Shown: positions 25,993 through 39,917 of the stretch, in pieces
Position numbering within the stretch: the stretch's first letter is position 1
Layout of the letters: each line of letters starts with the position of its first letter
NCBI RefSeq assembly: GCF_001194135.2
Contig: NC_068990.1
Location: forward strand, 11,495,973-11,559,972
Source of the DNA: Octopus bimaculoides
Taxonomy: Eukaryota
DNA length: 64,000 nt
Reading direction: 5' to 3'
The notes under the pieces: generated by a model
Told to the model about the DNA's origin: nothing
Databases searched by the model: none
What the model saw: only the letters and a program-made list of their open reading frames with translations
Made by a program: the position numbers and the translations under genes

Positions 25993-26254
25993 TATATAAC
26001 CACTTCTACTCCTCCTCCTCATCATCGCTATTGTTATCATCATCACCATCATCGCCGTCATCGTCATCGTCATCATCATTATAACCATCATCAAAATCAT
26101 CCTCCACCTGCATCTCTTCCTTCTCCTCCTGCATGTCTTCCCCACCTGCATCTCTTCCTCATCCTGCACCTCCTCCTTTCCTCCTCATCATCATCCTCCT
26201 CCTCATCATTATCACCACCACCACCACCACCACCACCACTACCATCATCATCAC

Positions 26255-26305
<51 letters not shown>
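25993..26305. repeat. Compound trinucleotide low-complexity tract (TCA/TCC/CAC)n
   Basis: Directly visible. Confidence 0.95.
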
Positions 26306-26633
26306 TCTTTACAGCTGTTTTCCATTTTAGCATGGGTCGGACAGCATGGTGTAAATAAATCCCTATATTGAATTATTGCCTTCCTAGACAGCTCAAAGTA
26401 TCATGTCTCCCTTGCACATCTCAAGTTTTTTTTTATTTTCTTCAGCTGATTGCTCTTTCGAAACCAGCCACATTACATGTATAGCATTCATACATTCATC
26501 TTATCCTGATATCATCGCTTGGCTGTCAAGCTCCCATCAAACCTAAAAAGCCCTCTCGACCCTGCATTGTCATTGCATGTGTATGTATAAGTAATCATGA
26601 GTGTGTGCGCATGCATGTGTGCAGCCTCGCATG

Positions 26634-26669
<36 letters not shown>

Positions 26670-26754
26670 TCTCTGCTTTCCATGCTGGAATTGGTTGGAT
26701 GGGAGCAGTCAAGGCCAGGAGCTGCACTAAATTACATTGTCGGCTTCAGCATAG

Positions 26755-27005
26755 TTTCTTATTTCTTTACTGCCCACAAGGGGCTACACAGAGAGGGGAT
26801 AAACAAGGACAGACAAAGGGATTAAGTCGATTATATCGACCCCAGTACGTAACTGGTACTTATTTAATCAACCCTGGAAAGGATCAAATGCAAATTCGAC
26901 CTTGGCGGAATTTGAACTCAGAACGTAGCGGCAGACGAAATACCGCTATACATTTCGCCCAGCTCACTAACGTTTCTTATTTCTTTATTGCCCTCAAGGG
27001 GCTAC
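26755..27005 (-). mobile_element. SINE family B plus partial second tail
   Basis: Full B consensus in reverse. Confidence 0.88.
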
Positions 27006-27034
27006 ACACAGTGATGTGATGATCACCACAATTC

Positions 27035-27229
27035 TTCACAACGTTGAAAAATACCTTAGGAATAAGAACCCAGGTTTGAAATTTCCCCAAGACACCTGAA
27101 GAAGGCTGGAGGGTATATCAGCTGAAACGTTGTGCTAACAACAAGCAAGATGAGGACAAATATCCGTCAAATTTATATAATGTAAATAGTATACATAATT
27201 CCTCATCTCTTAAATATAGAACTGTATTA
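27035..27229 (+). mobile_element. Penelope-type terminal-repeat unit (family H-A)
   Basis: 5' part matches 31660-31706 (minus), abutting a GIY-YIG ORF; 3' part matches 40654-40837. Confidence 0.7.
27091..27137 (+). ncRNA. Minimal hammerhead-like motif (family H-A)
   Basis: GACAC-CUGAAGA-A-GGCUG-GAGGGUAUAU-CAGCU-GAAAC-GUU-GUGCU. Confidence 0.6.
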
Positions 27230-27237
27230 TATGTCAT

Positions 27238-27388
27238 TACGTTCTGTTTTGAAATTCAGCTGAGGTCAACTTTGCCTTTCATCCTTTCGGGGTTGATAAA
27301 TAAAGTACCAGTTGTGTACTGGGGTCGATCTAATCGACTGGTCCACTCCCCCCCCCCAAATTTTGGGCCTTGTGCCTAGTGTAGAAAA
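27238..27388 (+). mobile_element. SINE family B, 5'-truncated
   Basis: gaggtcaactttgcctttcatcctttcggggttgataaataaagtaccag. Confidence 0.85.
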
Positions 27389-28198
27389 GCTTTATATAGT
27401 TCTAACACCAGAGTCTTAGTAGTGTTTCTATGCCTGAATGAAATTTTAAAATGTTTACGAAATTTCACTCACAAAACATTGATCAGTGTAAGACTTTGAC
27501 AAAAGACGCTTGCCAGTGCTATGTGCAGTTCTTGAGAGAGGGTTTTGAAACCTGAGACAATGTAGTTTTAAGACCGAACTTTTCAACCGTCCAGCCATGT
27601 AAATGTCAACTCAACTGTGATAATTAGACAATCCGTTTTACACTAACATCCCTAAACACATAGCACAGAGTTGTACGGTTTTTTTTATGATAACTATTTA
27701 CAGCTTGGTAGATTAGATGAGTGAAAGAAAGTTTATCTTTGCTAAGGACATGCTTTGGCAACAATAATAAGAAACACTCTGTTTACTCGTAGCTATTTGA
27801 CCAACAAGCAGCAAGTCTCATGATTTTTATTGGCTTGATTAACATAATTGCATTTAAATTTTTCTGAAATGTTTTCTTGTAAATTGAATTCCAACATCCA
27901 TTGCATTGGACATCATTTATGATCTGCTTTTCTCCACTTAACTCCATCATGTTGTATAAGCAACAGAAGAATTTACATCAAATTGATATCTGTAATAAGG
28001 CTGAGTGAATTCCTCATGATATGTTACTGCATTTGTCACAGATTGCATCGATCTACTACAGTGAGTTGCTAAATGAACGTTTGTTATGCGGTGATAGCTG
28101 CACAGTTCACATTTACTTCTGTCTGGTGAAGCAGACAGTCAAGTTTTATAGAGGAATCAATTCCAGGATATAAAACGAAATTAAAGATATAGGTATCA

Positions 28199-28563
28199 GC
28201 ATGGCTGTGTGGTTAGTAAGTTTGCTTTGCCACCACGTGGTTTTGAGTTCGGTCTCCCTCTGTGAAGTACCCTGGTAAAATATCTTCTACTATAGCCCTG
28301 GGCCAACCACTGCTTTCAGATTGAATTTGGTAGTTGGAACCTCTGTGGAAGCACATCGTATGTGTGTGTGAGTGTGTCCGTTTGTTTGTGTTTGTTTGAC
28401 CACTCTCCATAACATAGCAGTTCAGCAAAAGAGACTGACAGAGTTTGTATCAGACTTTCAAAAAAAAAAAAAGAAAGGGTGGGGGTAATGAATAAATAAA
28501 TACTGAGGTTGGTTTATTGAACTAAATCCATGGCTGCAGTTCAATGGCTGAAACAAGTAAAAA
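28199..28563 (+). mobile_element. SINE family A, degenerate full-length
   Basis: tggctgtgtggttag head through aatggctgaaacaagtaaaa tail. Confidence 0.8.
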
Positions 28564-28925
28564 CTAAAGGATATGCCATTTTGGTTGCTGGCATACTCAT
28601 GCAGTAAGGATGCTTACTTCACAGCCCATCCTCAATGCTTCTGAGTTCAATCGTATTGCATGTCATCTACCATAACCCAGCATTGATTAATACATTGTAA
28701 ATAAATTATTGAAAGTGCATGTAAGTCAGCTGTTGTGCACATTTGTACACACACATGCACAGACACACACATAATGTTCCTAAATCTATTAGACAAACTG
28801 TTGCAAAGGCATGAGGTTTACACATCTTGTGTTCATTTGCAAAGGATAATACCATACTTAATTCTAGTGCCTAAACTTAAGTACCATATTCACCTTGAAT
28901 CTATACACACACACACATATATACA

Positions 28926-28964
<39 letters not shown>

Positions 28965-28980
28965 ACACACACACACATGC

Positions 28981-29035
<55 letters not shown>

Positions 29036-29051
29036 CACACACACGCACATA

Positions 29052-29211
29052 TATGACAGGTTTCTTTCAGTTTCCGTCTACCAAATCCACTCACAAGGCT
29101 TTGGTCAGCACGAGGCTACAGTAGAAGACACTTGCCCGAGGTACCAACCAGTGGGACTGAACCTGGAACCATGTGGATCGTAAGCAAGCTACTTACTACA
29201 CAGCCACTCCT
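29052..29211 (-). mobile_element. SINE family A 5' half adjoining a compound CA/TA microsatellite
   Basis: tttcagtttccgtctaccaaatccactcacaaggctttgg...cagccactcct. Confidence 0.88.
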
Positions 29212-29787
29212 ACGCATATTTCTGAAAAAATCCCTTATACCAAAACCTCTCCTTTTCTCCTGTCCCTGTAATAATCTTTCCTATTATTGTCTCCTCTGTT
29301 ACTATCTCCACTAAAATCACCCTCACACAAACTATAAATCTGTTCCACTTATCATAGTTTATTCTTTCTCTCGTCAAATTGACTGATATCATTACCCTCT
29401 CTTTCTTTTTTGCTTTCTCTTTCTCTTTCATATTCTCCATCAGTTACAGGATCCTCTTTAGGCTCTTTACGTACAAGGCAACCTCATTCATGTTGGTGCC
29501 ACAGAAAAAGCATCTAATACATTTTATAAAGTGGATGGCATTAGGAAAGGTGTCCAGCTGTAGTAAGCATGCCAAATCAGACATTTGAGCATGATGTGCT
29601 CTCCTGACTCATTGGAATCTGCTGAATCATTCAACTCATGTAAATAAAGAGTAGACATGAATTGATGATGGTGATAATGGTGAACAGAAGGAGGAGGATG
29701 GTGGTGGCTCTGGTCATGGTTGTCATAATCATTATTATCATTATCGTAATAGATTATTATCATTATCACAATATTATCATTATCATA

Positions 29788-30222
29788 AGGTGGTCGCTGG
29801 CAGAAACGTTAGCAATCCGAGCAGAATGCTTCGCAGTATTTCATCTGTCTTTACATTCTGAGTTCAAATTCCACCGAGGTCGACTTTGCCTTTCATCCTT
29901 TCGGGGTCGATAAATAAAGTACCAATTACACACTGGGGTCGATGTAATCGACTTAATCCCTTTGTCTGTCCTTGTTTGTCCCCTCTATGTTTAGCCCCTT
30001 GTGGGCAATAAAGCCATAAGAAACGTTAGTAATCCGGGCAGAATGCTTAGCAGTATTTCGTCTGTCTTTATGTTCTGAGTTCAAATTCCGCCGAGGTCGA
30101 CTTTGCTTTTCCTCCTTTCAGGTTCGATAAATTAAGTACCAGATGCATACTGGAGTTGATCTATTCAACTGGGACCTTGGCCAAAAATTTCGGATCTTGT
30201 GCCCAGAGTAGAAAAGAATATT
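29788..30222 (+). mobile_element. Tandem SINE family B copies
   Basis: Two ttctgagttcaaattcc(a/g)ccgaggtcgactttgc blocks. Confidence 0.9.
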
Positions 30223-30622
30223 ATCATTATCATAATAGTGAAGTTAAGATGTTCGTGGTTATGGACACAATGATGATGATGATGACGGTGGTAGTATTGA
30301 TGATGATGACGATCATGATGATCACGATGACGGTGACGACGATGATAACAATAGGAATTTGATGATTTTTTCTTTTATCCACTACAAAATAAGAGATGGA
30401 ATTTCAGTTTAATTTTCATTATTAGTACAATGAAATAAACGAACAAGGAATAATTTTTCTTCTTCTCACTAAACTAAACCAGATGGATCAATCAAAATTA
30501 CTCTCGTGACAGAAGTAATTCCAGCCATTGTTTGACTTGACATCATTCATTTTGAGTTCACTTAAAGGGTGACGGTGGTTATCTCAGTAAGTCCAGAGGA
30601 ATGCAATGAATCAAGTGTACAC

Positions 30623-30680
<58 letters not shown>

Positions 30681-31078
30681 NNNNNNNNNNNNNNNNNNNN
30701 NNNNNNNNNNNNNNNNNNNNNNNNNNNNNNNNNNNNNNNNNNNNNNNNNNNNNNNNNNNNNNNNNNNNNNNNNNNNNNNNNNNNNNNNNNNNNNNNNNNN
30801 NNNNNNNNNNNNNNNNNNNNNNNNNNNNNNNNNNNNNNNNNNNNNNNNNNNNNNNNNNNNNNNNNNNNNNNNNNNNNNNNNNNNNNNNNNNNNNNNNNNN
30901 NNNNNNNNNNNNNNNNNNNNNNNNNNNNNNNNNNNTATATATATATATATATATATATATATAAGCGGGGAAAGCGGTGAATAAATTATTGACTAATTTA
31001 TGCAAAATTGAAAATAACAGTGACATCTCATTTTGACTAATATATTTACAAGAATTACATAAAAACATCTTGAAATAC

Positions 31079-31655
31079 TTATTTAAGCTTTTTATATAAA
31101 TAATTTAATTTATGCCTGCATTTAATATAGCGTTCATCATGGGAGTTAATTAATTTTTTATTAGCTAGTAATATCTCTTTAAATTCGTTAGTACATAACA
31201 AGCAGAATTTATTCCCTATCCGATATGATTTAGCCTTGCAAACTATTTCCCATCTTAACTTGTATTCTATTCTTTTTTAATTTAAGTTCCCAAATGTATT
31301 TACTAAGGCCCGTAGAGTTCATCAAATTTCTGTTCTTAAAAGAATTTATATTTTGGGCCAACCGGGATTTAATTTTATTGGAAGTCGATCCAATGTAAGT
31401 AGTATTTATGTTATCATTATTACTATAGTTATTATCCTTCAAAGTCGCTATACAATTATATACTACGTCCTCAGCATTACATCTATTATTAAATTTACAT
31501 TTAGTCTTATCTCCACTGTTACAATTAATTGTATTTTGGACTCCAACGGAGGTATTACTTAATTTGTTATTGTAAAACTTATTTAATCTAAATTTATTAA
31601 AGGATGAAATGATGTTGCCAACATTATTAGTGGCAGAATAACCAACTCCAAATTT
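31079..31655 (-). pseudogene. Penelope-like element GIY-YIG endonuclease domain, frameshifted
   Basis: GYSATNNVGNIISSFN...CNSGDKTKCKFNNRCNAEDVVY...TYIGSTSNKIKSRLAQNINSFK...STGLSKYIWELK, then in shifted frames YKLRWEIVCKAKSY and LINSHDERYIKCRHK. Confidence 0.88.
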
Positions 31656-31705
31656 ATTGCTAGAAAATTTGGAACCTGGGTTCTCATTCCTAAGGTATTT
31701 TTCGA

Positions 31706-31707
<2 letters not shown>

Positions 31708-31755
<48 letters not shown>
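31708..31755. repeat. (TTA)n microsatellite at the upstream edge of the Penelope relic
   Basis: Directly visible; source of the poly-Asn run in ORF 31230-31805. Confidence 0.95.
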
Positions 31756-31771
<16 letters not shown>

Positions 31772-32479
31772 TATATGTATACATATACACCCTCCTATCA
31801 CACACCTACACCTGCATATATGCAAACATGCATATCCCCATAAATGAAGGGGACATGTGCATGAATGTGACACTAATGCACCAGACACAGTCTTATACTC
31901 ATATGCATACATATACATATACTCACACACGTACATATTCACACAATTCAAAAGGATGAATGTGTGGAGGGTAAAATGGATGGATGGATGAAACTAATGG
32001 CTGAATGAACGGATAAATGAGCAGATAGAAAGATGCACTGACAGATGGATAGATGGACTTGTGGACAGATGGACTGGTGGACAGATGGATGATATTGCTT
32101 CTATGCAATATCTCAATTAGGATACAAACATTATAAAATATGTCCTTCAGCTGAACCAACAAACCCATCATTTCATCAGAGGTAACATATAACCAACTGC
32201 ATAAAATCTTAAACTATAAACAGATGACATGGTTTAAAGAACAATTGTGTGTATGTATCTGAGGTACGGAATGTGTTATGTGTGTACATGTGAGCATGAA
32301 TACACATGTGAATATGTGTGCATGTAGTTGTGTGTGTGTGTTTGTGGCTTTGTGTTGCTAAATAACTTCTCAATAAAATTCAAATATATATTGAACACTC
32401 ACATTTCATCTATTGTTATTGAATATGACAATACGTTATGTGAAATATTCATATATTTATCAATTTTTGTATGTGTTGA

Positions 32480-32480
32480 A

Positions 32481-32526
<46 letters not shown>

Positions 32527-33045
32527 CACACGTAAATACATATATGTAAATATATGCACACATGTATATATACATACACACAGATACATACATATATACA
32601 AATGTCTGTGTGTGTGTGTTTATATATGTATATATATAAAATATATATATATATATGCATATAGGCACACATATACGTATATATATATGCACACATGTAC
32701 ACACACGCATAACGCACACACACACCTATATACATGAGTGTGTGTATATGTATATATGTGTATGTGTATGTGTGCATATATTTGTGTGTATATATATATA
32801 TGTATGTATTATCTATGTATATATGTGTATGGACATGCATATATCTGTATATGTGTATATATATGTATATATGTACATATATGTATATATATATATATGT
32901 GTGTATGTATGTGTGTGTGTGTGTGTGTGTGTGCAAGTAGATGAATATATACATACATACATACATACATACACACAAGTGTACATACAGATATACACAT
33001 ATTCATATACCTATGTGAGTATGAGTGTGTGCACATGCGTGTAGC
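32480..33045. repeat. Compound TA/CA/TG microsatellite field
   Basis: Directly visible. Confidence 0.9.
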
Positions 33046-34804
33046 AAATTTAATATTATACTTACTTGTTTATCAATTCATTTATCTATTTGCTTATTCA
33101 CATCTATTTATCAAATTGTATTCCATTACAAATAATTTTTTTATTGGCGTTTTTTAAAATTTTTTTTGAAAATTTTTTTTTTAACTTTTTATAGCGACGT
33201 TAAAATTTATCACATAAGATGAAGTTCTACAGTATTAATTATCTCAAACGTTCCCTGAGATGATTAATGATTACGACTATCTTTCACCAATCACATAGTC
33301 GTTCTTTTTGATTTTTTTTTATATGTTGCTAATCTTATTCAGTACAATATTAATGTTATCTCACTGATCTCATACAGTTAGGCATCATTTAAAACAATCT
33401 TCTGGTGTTTTTTTTAGTGTTTTTTTTTGTTTTGTTGGTCTTTTTGTCTTTCAGTGTACCTCCTATCTAGCTATTTTCAAATAGGTACATATGTAGGTAA
33501 GTATGAAAAGACACACACACACACATGCATGCACATGCACATGCACACACACATTCATGAATGTGCATACACACACACACAAGTAAATATGAAAATACAC
33601 ACACATACATGTACACATACCCACACATACACACACATGAATGTGCACACACACACAGAGATAAGTATGAAAATACACACACACATACATGCACACACAC
33701 ATATACACATACATGCATGCATGAATGTGCACACACACACATGCTTACAAACACACATGCACTCACGTGAGCTGATAGACGTACACACAAACACATATGC
33801 ATGTATATTTATCTCTCTCTCTCTCCATCTCTCTCTCCCTCTCTCTCTCCCTCTCTCTCTCACTCTCTCTCTCCCTCTCTCTCTCTCTCACTCTCTCTCT
33901 CTCTCTCTGTATATATATGTGTGTATGTGTGTGTGTGCATATATCATCATCATGTTTGTTTAACGATGGTGAGAAGGAGGAGTACGCTGTGTATGTGTGT
34001 TTGCACGTGTTTTAATGTTTGTTTTTATGTCAAATTATAATAAAAGCAGTTTCATATTAAACTGGAGGATTACTCAATACTTTTTTGTTAACTAAATATT
34101 TATCATCATTTTGCAAGCATAGTGTTGACAGTGAATTCAACATTTCAGCCTACTTAGCCTTCTGATCATGGCTGAGGAGCCAAAAACTTCAAAGTCACTA
34201 TCAACACTATTCTTTTAAAAGAATTATACAACTTCATGCATGAATATATCTATACCTATAGGCAGTCACCATATTTCATTCCATAACGACTAACTCCGAT
34301 AAGCACAGGATTACATAATGTGACTGCTACACTTCCGTTAATATATATATTTGCATCCAAGATGGCAATGAGTAGCAATGTCCAACTTGTCAGGCTTGGG
34401 AATTGCCATGAAATCTTCCCTTGACATGAAACCAATGGTAGCCTTGTTAACTGACAAAAAAAGAATATCTATCTCCCAATGAGAAGTTGAGCACTCATTC
34501 TCACTGTTCAATATTAGTGTGTGTATACATACATACATACACACATACATACATAAATATCATGTTGCATTTGCAAATATAGAAGGCACTGGAGCATTCT
34601 CAGAGCTGCTTAATGAGACATCATCATTGCTTAATGATACTTAATGAAACATCAATTCCTGCATTTGGAGACAGAATGAGCAACACCCCCAACACACAAT
34701 GGTTTACCCTAAACTGTATATAAGGAAATGAAATTGAACTGAATCATTCTAAGAATGTGAAAGAAAGTGAAATATATTCTTTATATTTGGCTATCATAAA
34801 CACA

Positions 34805-34955
34805 GCATGGCTGTGTGGTAAGAACCTTGCTTTCCAACCACATGGTTCTGAGTTCAGTCCCAGTGTGTGGCACCTTGGGCAAATGTCTTCTACTGTAGCC
34901 TCAGGCCAACCAAAGCCTTGTGAGTGGATTTGGTAGATGGAAACTGAAAGAAGCC

Positions 34956-34960
<5 letters not shown>
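34805..34960 (+). mobile_element. SINE family A 5' half
   Basis: tggctgtgtggtaag...gagttcagtccc...ggaaactgaaagaagccc then (TA)n. Confidence 0.88.
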
Positions 34961-34998
<38 letters not shown>

Positions 34999-35200
34999 AT
35001 GTATTTTCTTTCTTTGTTTCCCCAAATACCAGCTACTATGGACGATTTTCAATGTTTTTTTTACAAACCTCCTCTTCCACCATTTCTATTTTATCGTCAT
35101 TGCAGTCTGATTCAATCAGTTTCATGCTTAAAAGGGATTTTGTACATGGCTGGTTGTTCTGATAGAAATAACAGACAAATCTTTTATTTCTACAATACAT

Positions 35201-35508
35201 TGTGAGTAAATTTGGTAGATGGAAGCTGTGCGGAAGCCCATTACACGTGTGTCTGTGTGTGTGTGCGCGCGTGCAGGGGCGCACATGCATGCATGCATGC
35301 ATGTGCATGTGTGTGTGTCTTTGTATCTCATGTGTCTTTGTAAACATCTCCATAAATTAGTGGTTTAGCAAGAGAGACCAACAGAATATATACCAGACTT
35401 TAAGAATATTAATCACTGTGGTCAATTTGTTCAATTAAAAAAAGAACTGTTTCAAGGCAGTGCTACAGCATGGCCACTGTCTTATGGCTGTAACAAGTAA
35501 AAGATACA
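35201..35508 (+). mobile_element. SINE family A 3' part, degenerate
   Basis: tttggtagatggaagctg...cagcatggcc...aacaagtaaaaga. Confidence 0.7.
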
Positions 35509-35511
35509 AGT

Positions 35512-35744
35512 AAGGCGGCGAGCTGGCAGAAACGTTAGCACGCCAGGAGAAAAACTTAGCGGTATTTTGTCAGCCGTTATGTTCTGAGTTCAAATTCCAC
35601 CAAGGTTGACTTTGCCTTTCATCCTTTCAGGGTCGATAAATTAAGTACCAGTGACGTACTGGGGTCGATGTAATCGACTTAATCCCTTTGTTTGTCCTTG
35701 TTTGTCCCCTCTATGTTTAGCCCCTTGTGGGCAATAAAGAAATA
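35512..35744 (+). mobile_element. SINE family B, full-length
   Basis: ggcggcgagctggcagaaacgttagc...gagttcaaattcc...gggcaataaagaaata. Confidence 0.92.
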
Positions 35745-35959
35745 TGAAACAAGTAAATGATACACAGAAAGAAAGATATGACACACCTAGCACTTTTCAG
35801 AAAAGACACATTAGATAATACAGTTGATCTATGTTATGTCTGAAAATAAGAATTAGTGGTCACAAGTGGAAAGCTTTTGCTTGTTAGTCTGCCTGACCAC
35901 GACTGAGACGGGGCTAAAAGAAGACAAGACCAACAACAACAAGAAATCATCAAACAGCA

Positions 35960-36700
35960 GCTCATTTATTAAAACTATTCGTTATCAGCCAGTTGATGAT
36001 AATGAAGTATTGTTTATAAAATTTCTTCAGTCATGTGATTTGAACCCATGATATTTATGGCAAACATCTATCATTCATTCCTCACTCGGCTATTATGTAT
36101 CAGTAACATATTTAATGGAAAGTTAAATAAACACTTAGAAGCTTATTTAAATGAAACTATTTTATTTCTCAGGCAAAGTTGCATTACATTTAAGCTTGAC
36201 CTAACCAATGAAGGATTTTTGGAAGAATCAAAGACATCTTTCTTCATCAATTCTTATAAACTCATAAACAGAACACTGGCTACTGGTTAAATGTTCAGTA
36301 TCAAAGCTTTTCATGAAGGAAACCTAAACGGCATTTTGTGAAGCATATTATCCATAATTTTGTCGATTCTTTATGCAAGCAAGTCTTTTATATCCATTGA
36401 TTTTACTGCTAATATTCGATATTGAAAATCCTGGCCGTTTTTGGTTTGACTTCCTTCTTCGGTAGGTTTAACAGCTATATTATCTCTGTAAGGATCATTT
36501 AGCATCAACATTAAAGAAAGGGCTATTTTAGTATTCACTTCCCATGTTCAACAGCTTGCAAGATTTAAAATTGCCATAGCAGAATCTTCAGTCGTTTCAT
36601 TGAAATGGCTTAGTAAATGCAAGAAAATGTTATCTTTTTCAATAACACTGCAGACAGCATAATCATGGTTATATGTCAAACTTACATTAACTTCTAATTT
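35960..36700 (-). pseudogene. Non-LTR retrotransposon reverse transcriptase relic (L1/Tx1-like)
   Basis: One minus frame with scattered stops gives, in the expected order, NIAVKP..., SMDIKDLLA*RIDKIMDNMLHK, FRFPS*KALILNI, KKDVFDS, NSRVRNE and QLADN, approximating IxxIPK, xDYKILAxRL, GFRxxR, KAFDS, GVRQG and YADD. Confidence 0.55.
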
Positions 36701-37833
36701 TCTATAAAATGTCCAAGAGGTTAAAGCAGTAAATCCACAACTTTAGTGTTCTGAGTTTGTGTTCAATTCTTAGAACTGGACCCAAATTGCTTCAGCTCTT
36801 GGATTTATCTAAATGAGTTTGATAATTAATTGCACTACTTTACTAGGTATTTGTGACCTTGTGTAAAAGTATGAAGCAAAAAATATACACCCTATATTAA
36901 AAGTAATCACTGAAGTAACCCTGCTTTTCATCTTTCAGGGGTCAAGAAAATAAGAATATCAGCTGAGATGGATCTTAATTGAACATACTCCATCCAAAAC
37001 TTGATATCAAGTGGCTATATTAGATATCCATATATTGTATAATGTAAGCAATAAATTGGTTGCATCACTAAAATATCATATAGAAAACCTTGCTGCTTTT
37101 GTTCAATTTCTGTGCATCCAGAGTTCAAATCCTCGTGATGTTGCCTTTTATGTTTTTGTGAATGACAAATTGAATACCAATCCATAAAGAGTATTGGTTG
37201 ATATCTTAGAATGTTTGGATGACGTGCTTTGCAGTATCTGCATGGGATCCTGGAGTTCTGAGTTCAAATTTCACTGAGGAATTCAAATTCCACCACTGGT
37301 CAGGTCATCATCTTTCATAAATTGAATGAAGGCATCAAAGCAAGCCACACATGACTACCACACCAGCAACCCTCTCGAACTGAAAAGGTTTTCCATCATC
37401 ATGATACAGCTGTTCCGTGATACAGGGGTATTAAAAACTCGGCCTTAAGGCAATGGTGGAAGGGGTTGGGGCAAACTCACAAATCTTTCTCTACTCAAAC
37501 CAGGAATTGGTCTAAAGCAACCAGAAAATCTTGCTATCATCTTTGAAGCAGAAACATCAATGATCATTATAATGCAATGATATATATATAATTTAGAGAA
37601 AAGAACCACAATTCCTGAACTCATCCATAAAAATCCACAGTCACATATAGAAAAATTTAATAAGTAAATACACTAAAAAGAACTATGATAAATTACAAAG
37701 TAATAATTATTAAAATAATAAAATGACTACACGTGTTTCATAACCACATTTTCAAATAGAAAATAAAATAAAATCTGCATGGGGTCCTGGAGTTGTCACA
37801 AATCCCTATTATCATCATAATTATATATATAAT

Positions 37834-37868
<35 letters not shown>

Positions 37869-38266
37869 TTGTGTGTGTGTAGTGTGCTACTAAAATGATC
37901 TTGTGAACTATAAAATACTAAGTATTTTGGTTTATTTTCTGACTTAAGTATTTTATCCTTTTTATCAAATGCCACTTTTAATAAAAGTAGTTCTATTAGC
38001 TTGTATTGCTTCAATTTTGCAAATGGTAGTAACCATTTCTATTTTAATAAACATCTTACTGCCATTAAGAAAAGTGTCCTCTGTCTTTAATTCCTAAGTT
38101 AATGGAAGGCATGCTTTATTAATAAGGATTTTAAAAGGAAGATGGTTACAGTTGCAGTTATAAAGCTCAACGTCCTTTGCAAAAGCACATCTAGGTGGCT
38201 AGATTTTCATGTTGAGCTGTTCAGAACTACAAACTCACAGATGCACAGAGGCATGCATATGTAAGT

Positions 38267-38289
38267 ACACACACACACACACACACACA

Positions 38290-38369
<80 letters not shown>
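38267..38369. repeat. (CA)n microsatellite
   Basis: Directly visible. Confidence 0.95.
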
Positions 38370-38371
<2 letters not shown>

Positions 38372-39614
38372 CAAACACACACGGAAACACTTATAGGAAT
38401 GAGCCGATGTGAAATCGGCTGGACAAAACAGCCATCTCTCTCTCATATCTTGTCCTGTCTTGTTAGAAACAAGGAAAATTAATGGGATGTTCATATTTGG
38501 AATACCTCTGATCATAGTTTTGTCCAAATCCTGGTTGACCTGAGGCCAAACATTACCAATAATATAAAGATATGGTTATCTATGTGTGTGTTTTGTATGT
38601 GTGTTTGCATGTGTGTGTATGCATTGTTTGGTTAGCTGAGATGTTGGATACGAATGCTTGTGATATTTATGTGTAAAATACACACACACAAGCACATACA
38701 CACACATACATACACACACAAACATACACACACATACATACACACACACATACACACATATACAAACTCACACACATATATCTACCTTTCTGACAGTTCT
38801 AATACTTGGTTCTCTGGTCTCTCTTTATCTCACTCTTCCTCTTTCTCTCTCTGTTTTTCTCTCTCTGTTTTTCTCTCTCTGTTTTTCTCTCTCTGTTTTT
38901 CTCTCTCTCTTACTCTCTCTGTCTCTCTCTCTCTCTCTCTCTGTTTCACTTGCACTCTTCACAACATAGATATACCCCCCCCCCCCTTATGTGTTATTGG
39001 AAGCAATATACTGCGATGATTGGCTCCTGAGTAAGTTTATGAAAATGATGAGGAAAATGAGACGTTTGGCATTGTTTCATGCTGCTAAGTGTAATATGAG
39101 TTCTGAAACGTATATATCAGCTATGAAAATATTTAAAATTTCAAGATAGTGTGCCAAAATAAGCTAAGATATCAGCTAGTTTAAACAGTGTATACAACTC
39201 CAATGGATCTCTCACTTGAATCATTAAAGGAAGACCAAGGCTTCCTTAAGTACCCAATGGGTAATATATCTAATTATGGTGCAGACAATCAATTTGTGTA
39301 ACAATATATTATGCCTGACAGCAGCTGGCATTGCAGTACTGTTATATGAATTTCGTTTTAACATAGCACAGTTTCACATTGCCATCGAAATTGTAAGATA
39401 TTCAATCAAATTAATTCTAATATATCATTGTTACAAGGGAAGGAGTTTGACAAAAATCATTAGAACTTTTGACAAAATGCCTTGAGGTACTTATTTATAG
39501 AGATTTACATTCTAACACTAAGCCTCAGCAAGGTTACTATTGGCTTTCATCTTTATGAAAAGCCTTTCTCCTTTAATCTTAACACTTTTCTCAAATTCAT
39601 GGCGTTATGTGCAG

Positions 39615-39885
39615 GTAGAGCTGTGTGGCAAGAAGGTTGTTCTACAGCTGCTTGGTTCTGGGTTCAGCTTCACTGCATGAGATATTGGGTTAATCTCTTC
39701 TGTCATATAATATAGCCCTGAACTACCAAAACCTTATGAGTGGATTTGGCAGATAGAAACTGAAAGAAACCTGTCATACATACATACATACATACATACA
39801 TACTCTTTTTTACTCTTTTACTTGTTTCAGTCATTTGACTGCGGCCATGCTGGAGCACCGCCTTTATAGTCGAGCAACCAAGTAA
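39615..39885. mobile_element. SINE family A fragments (5' half plus, 3' tail minus)
   Basis: gagtggatttggcagatagaaactgaaagaaacc then tttcagtcatttgactgcggccatgctggagcaccgcc. Confidence 0.75.
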
Positions 39886-39917
39886 CAACCAAGTAACAAC
39901 CATGGTAAAGTGAACAC

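Noticed and set aside
32399-33044. Overlapping ORFs rich in Y/I/C/V/H/T (also 33427-34040, 54048-54972)
   Set aside because: Translations of TA/CA/TG microsatellites in several frames at once.
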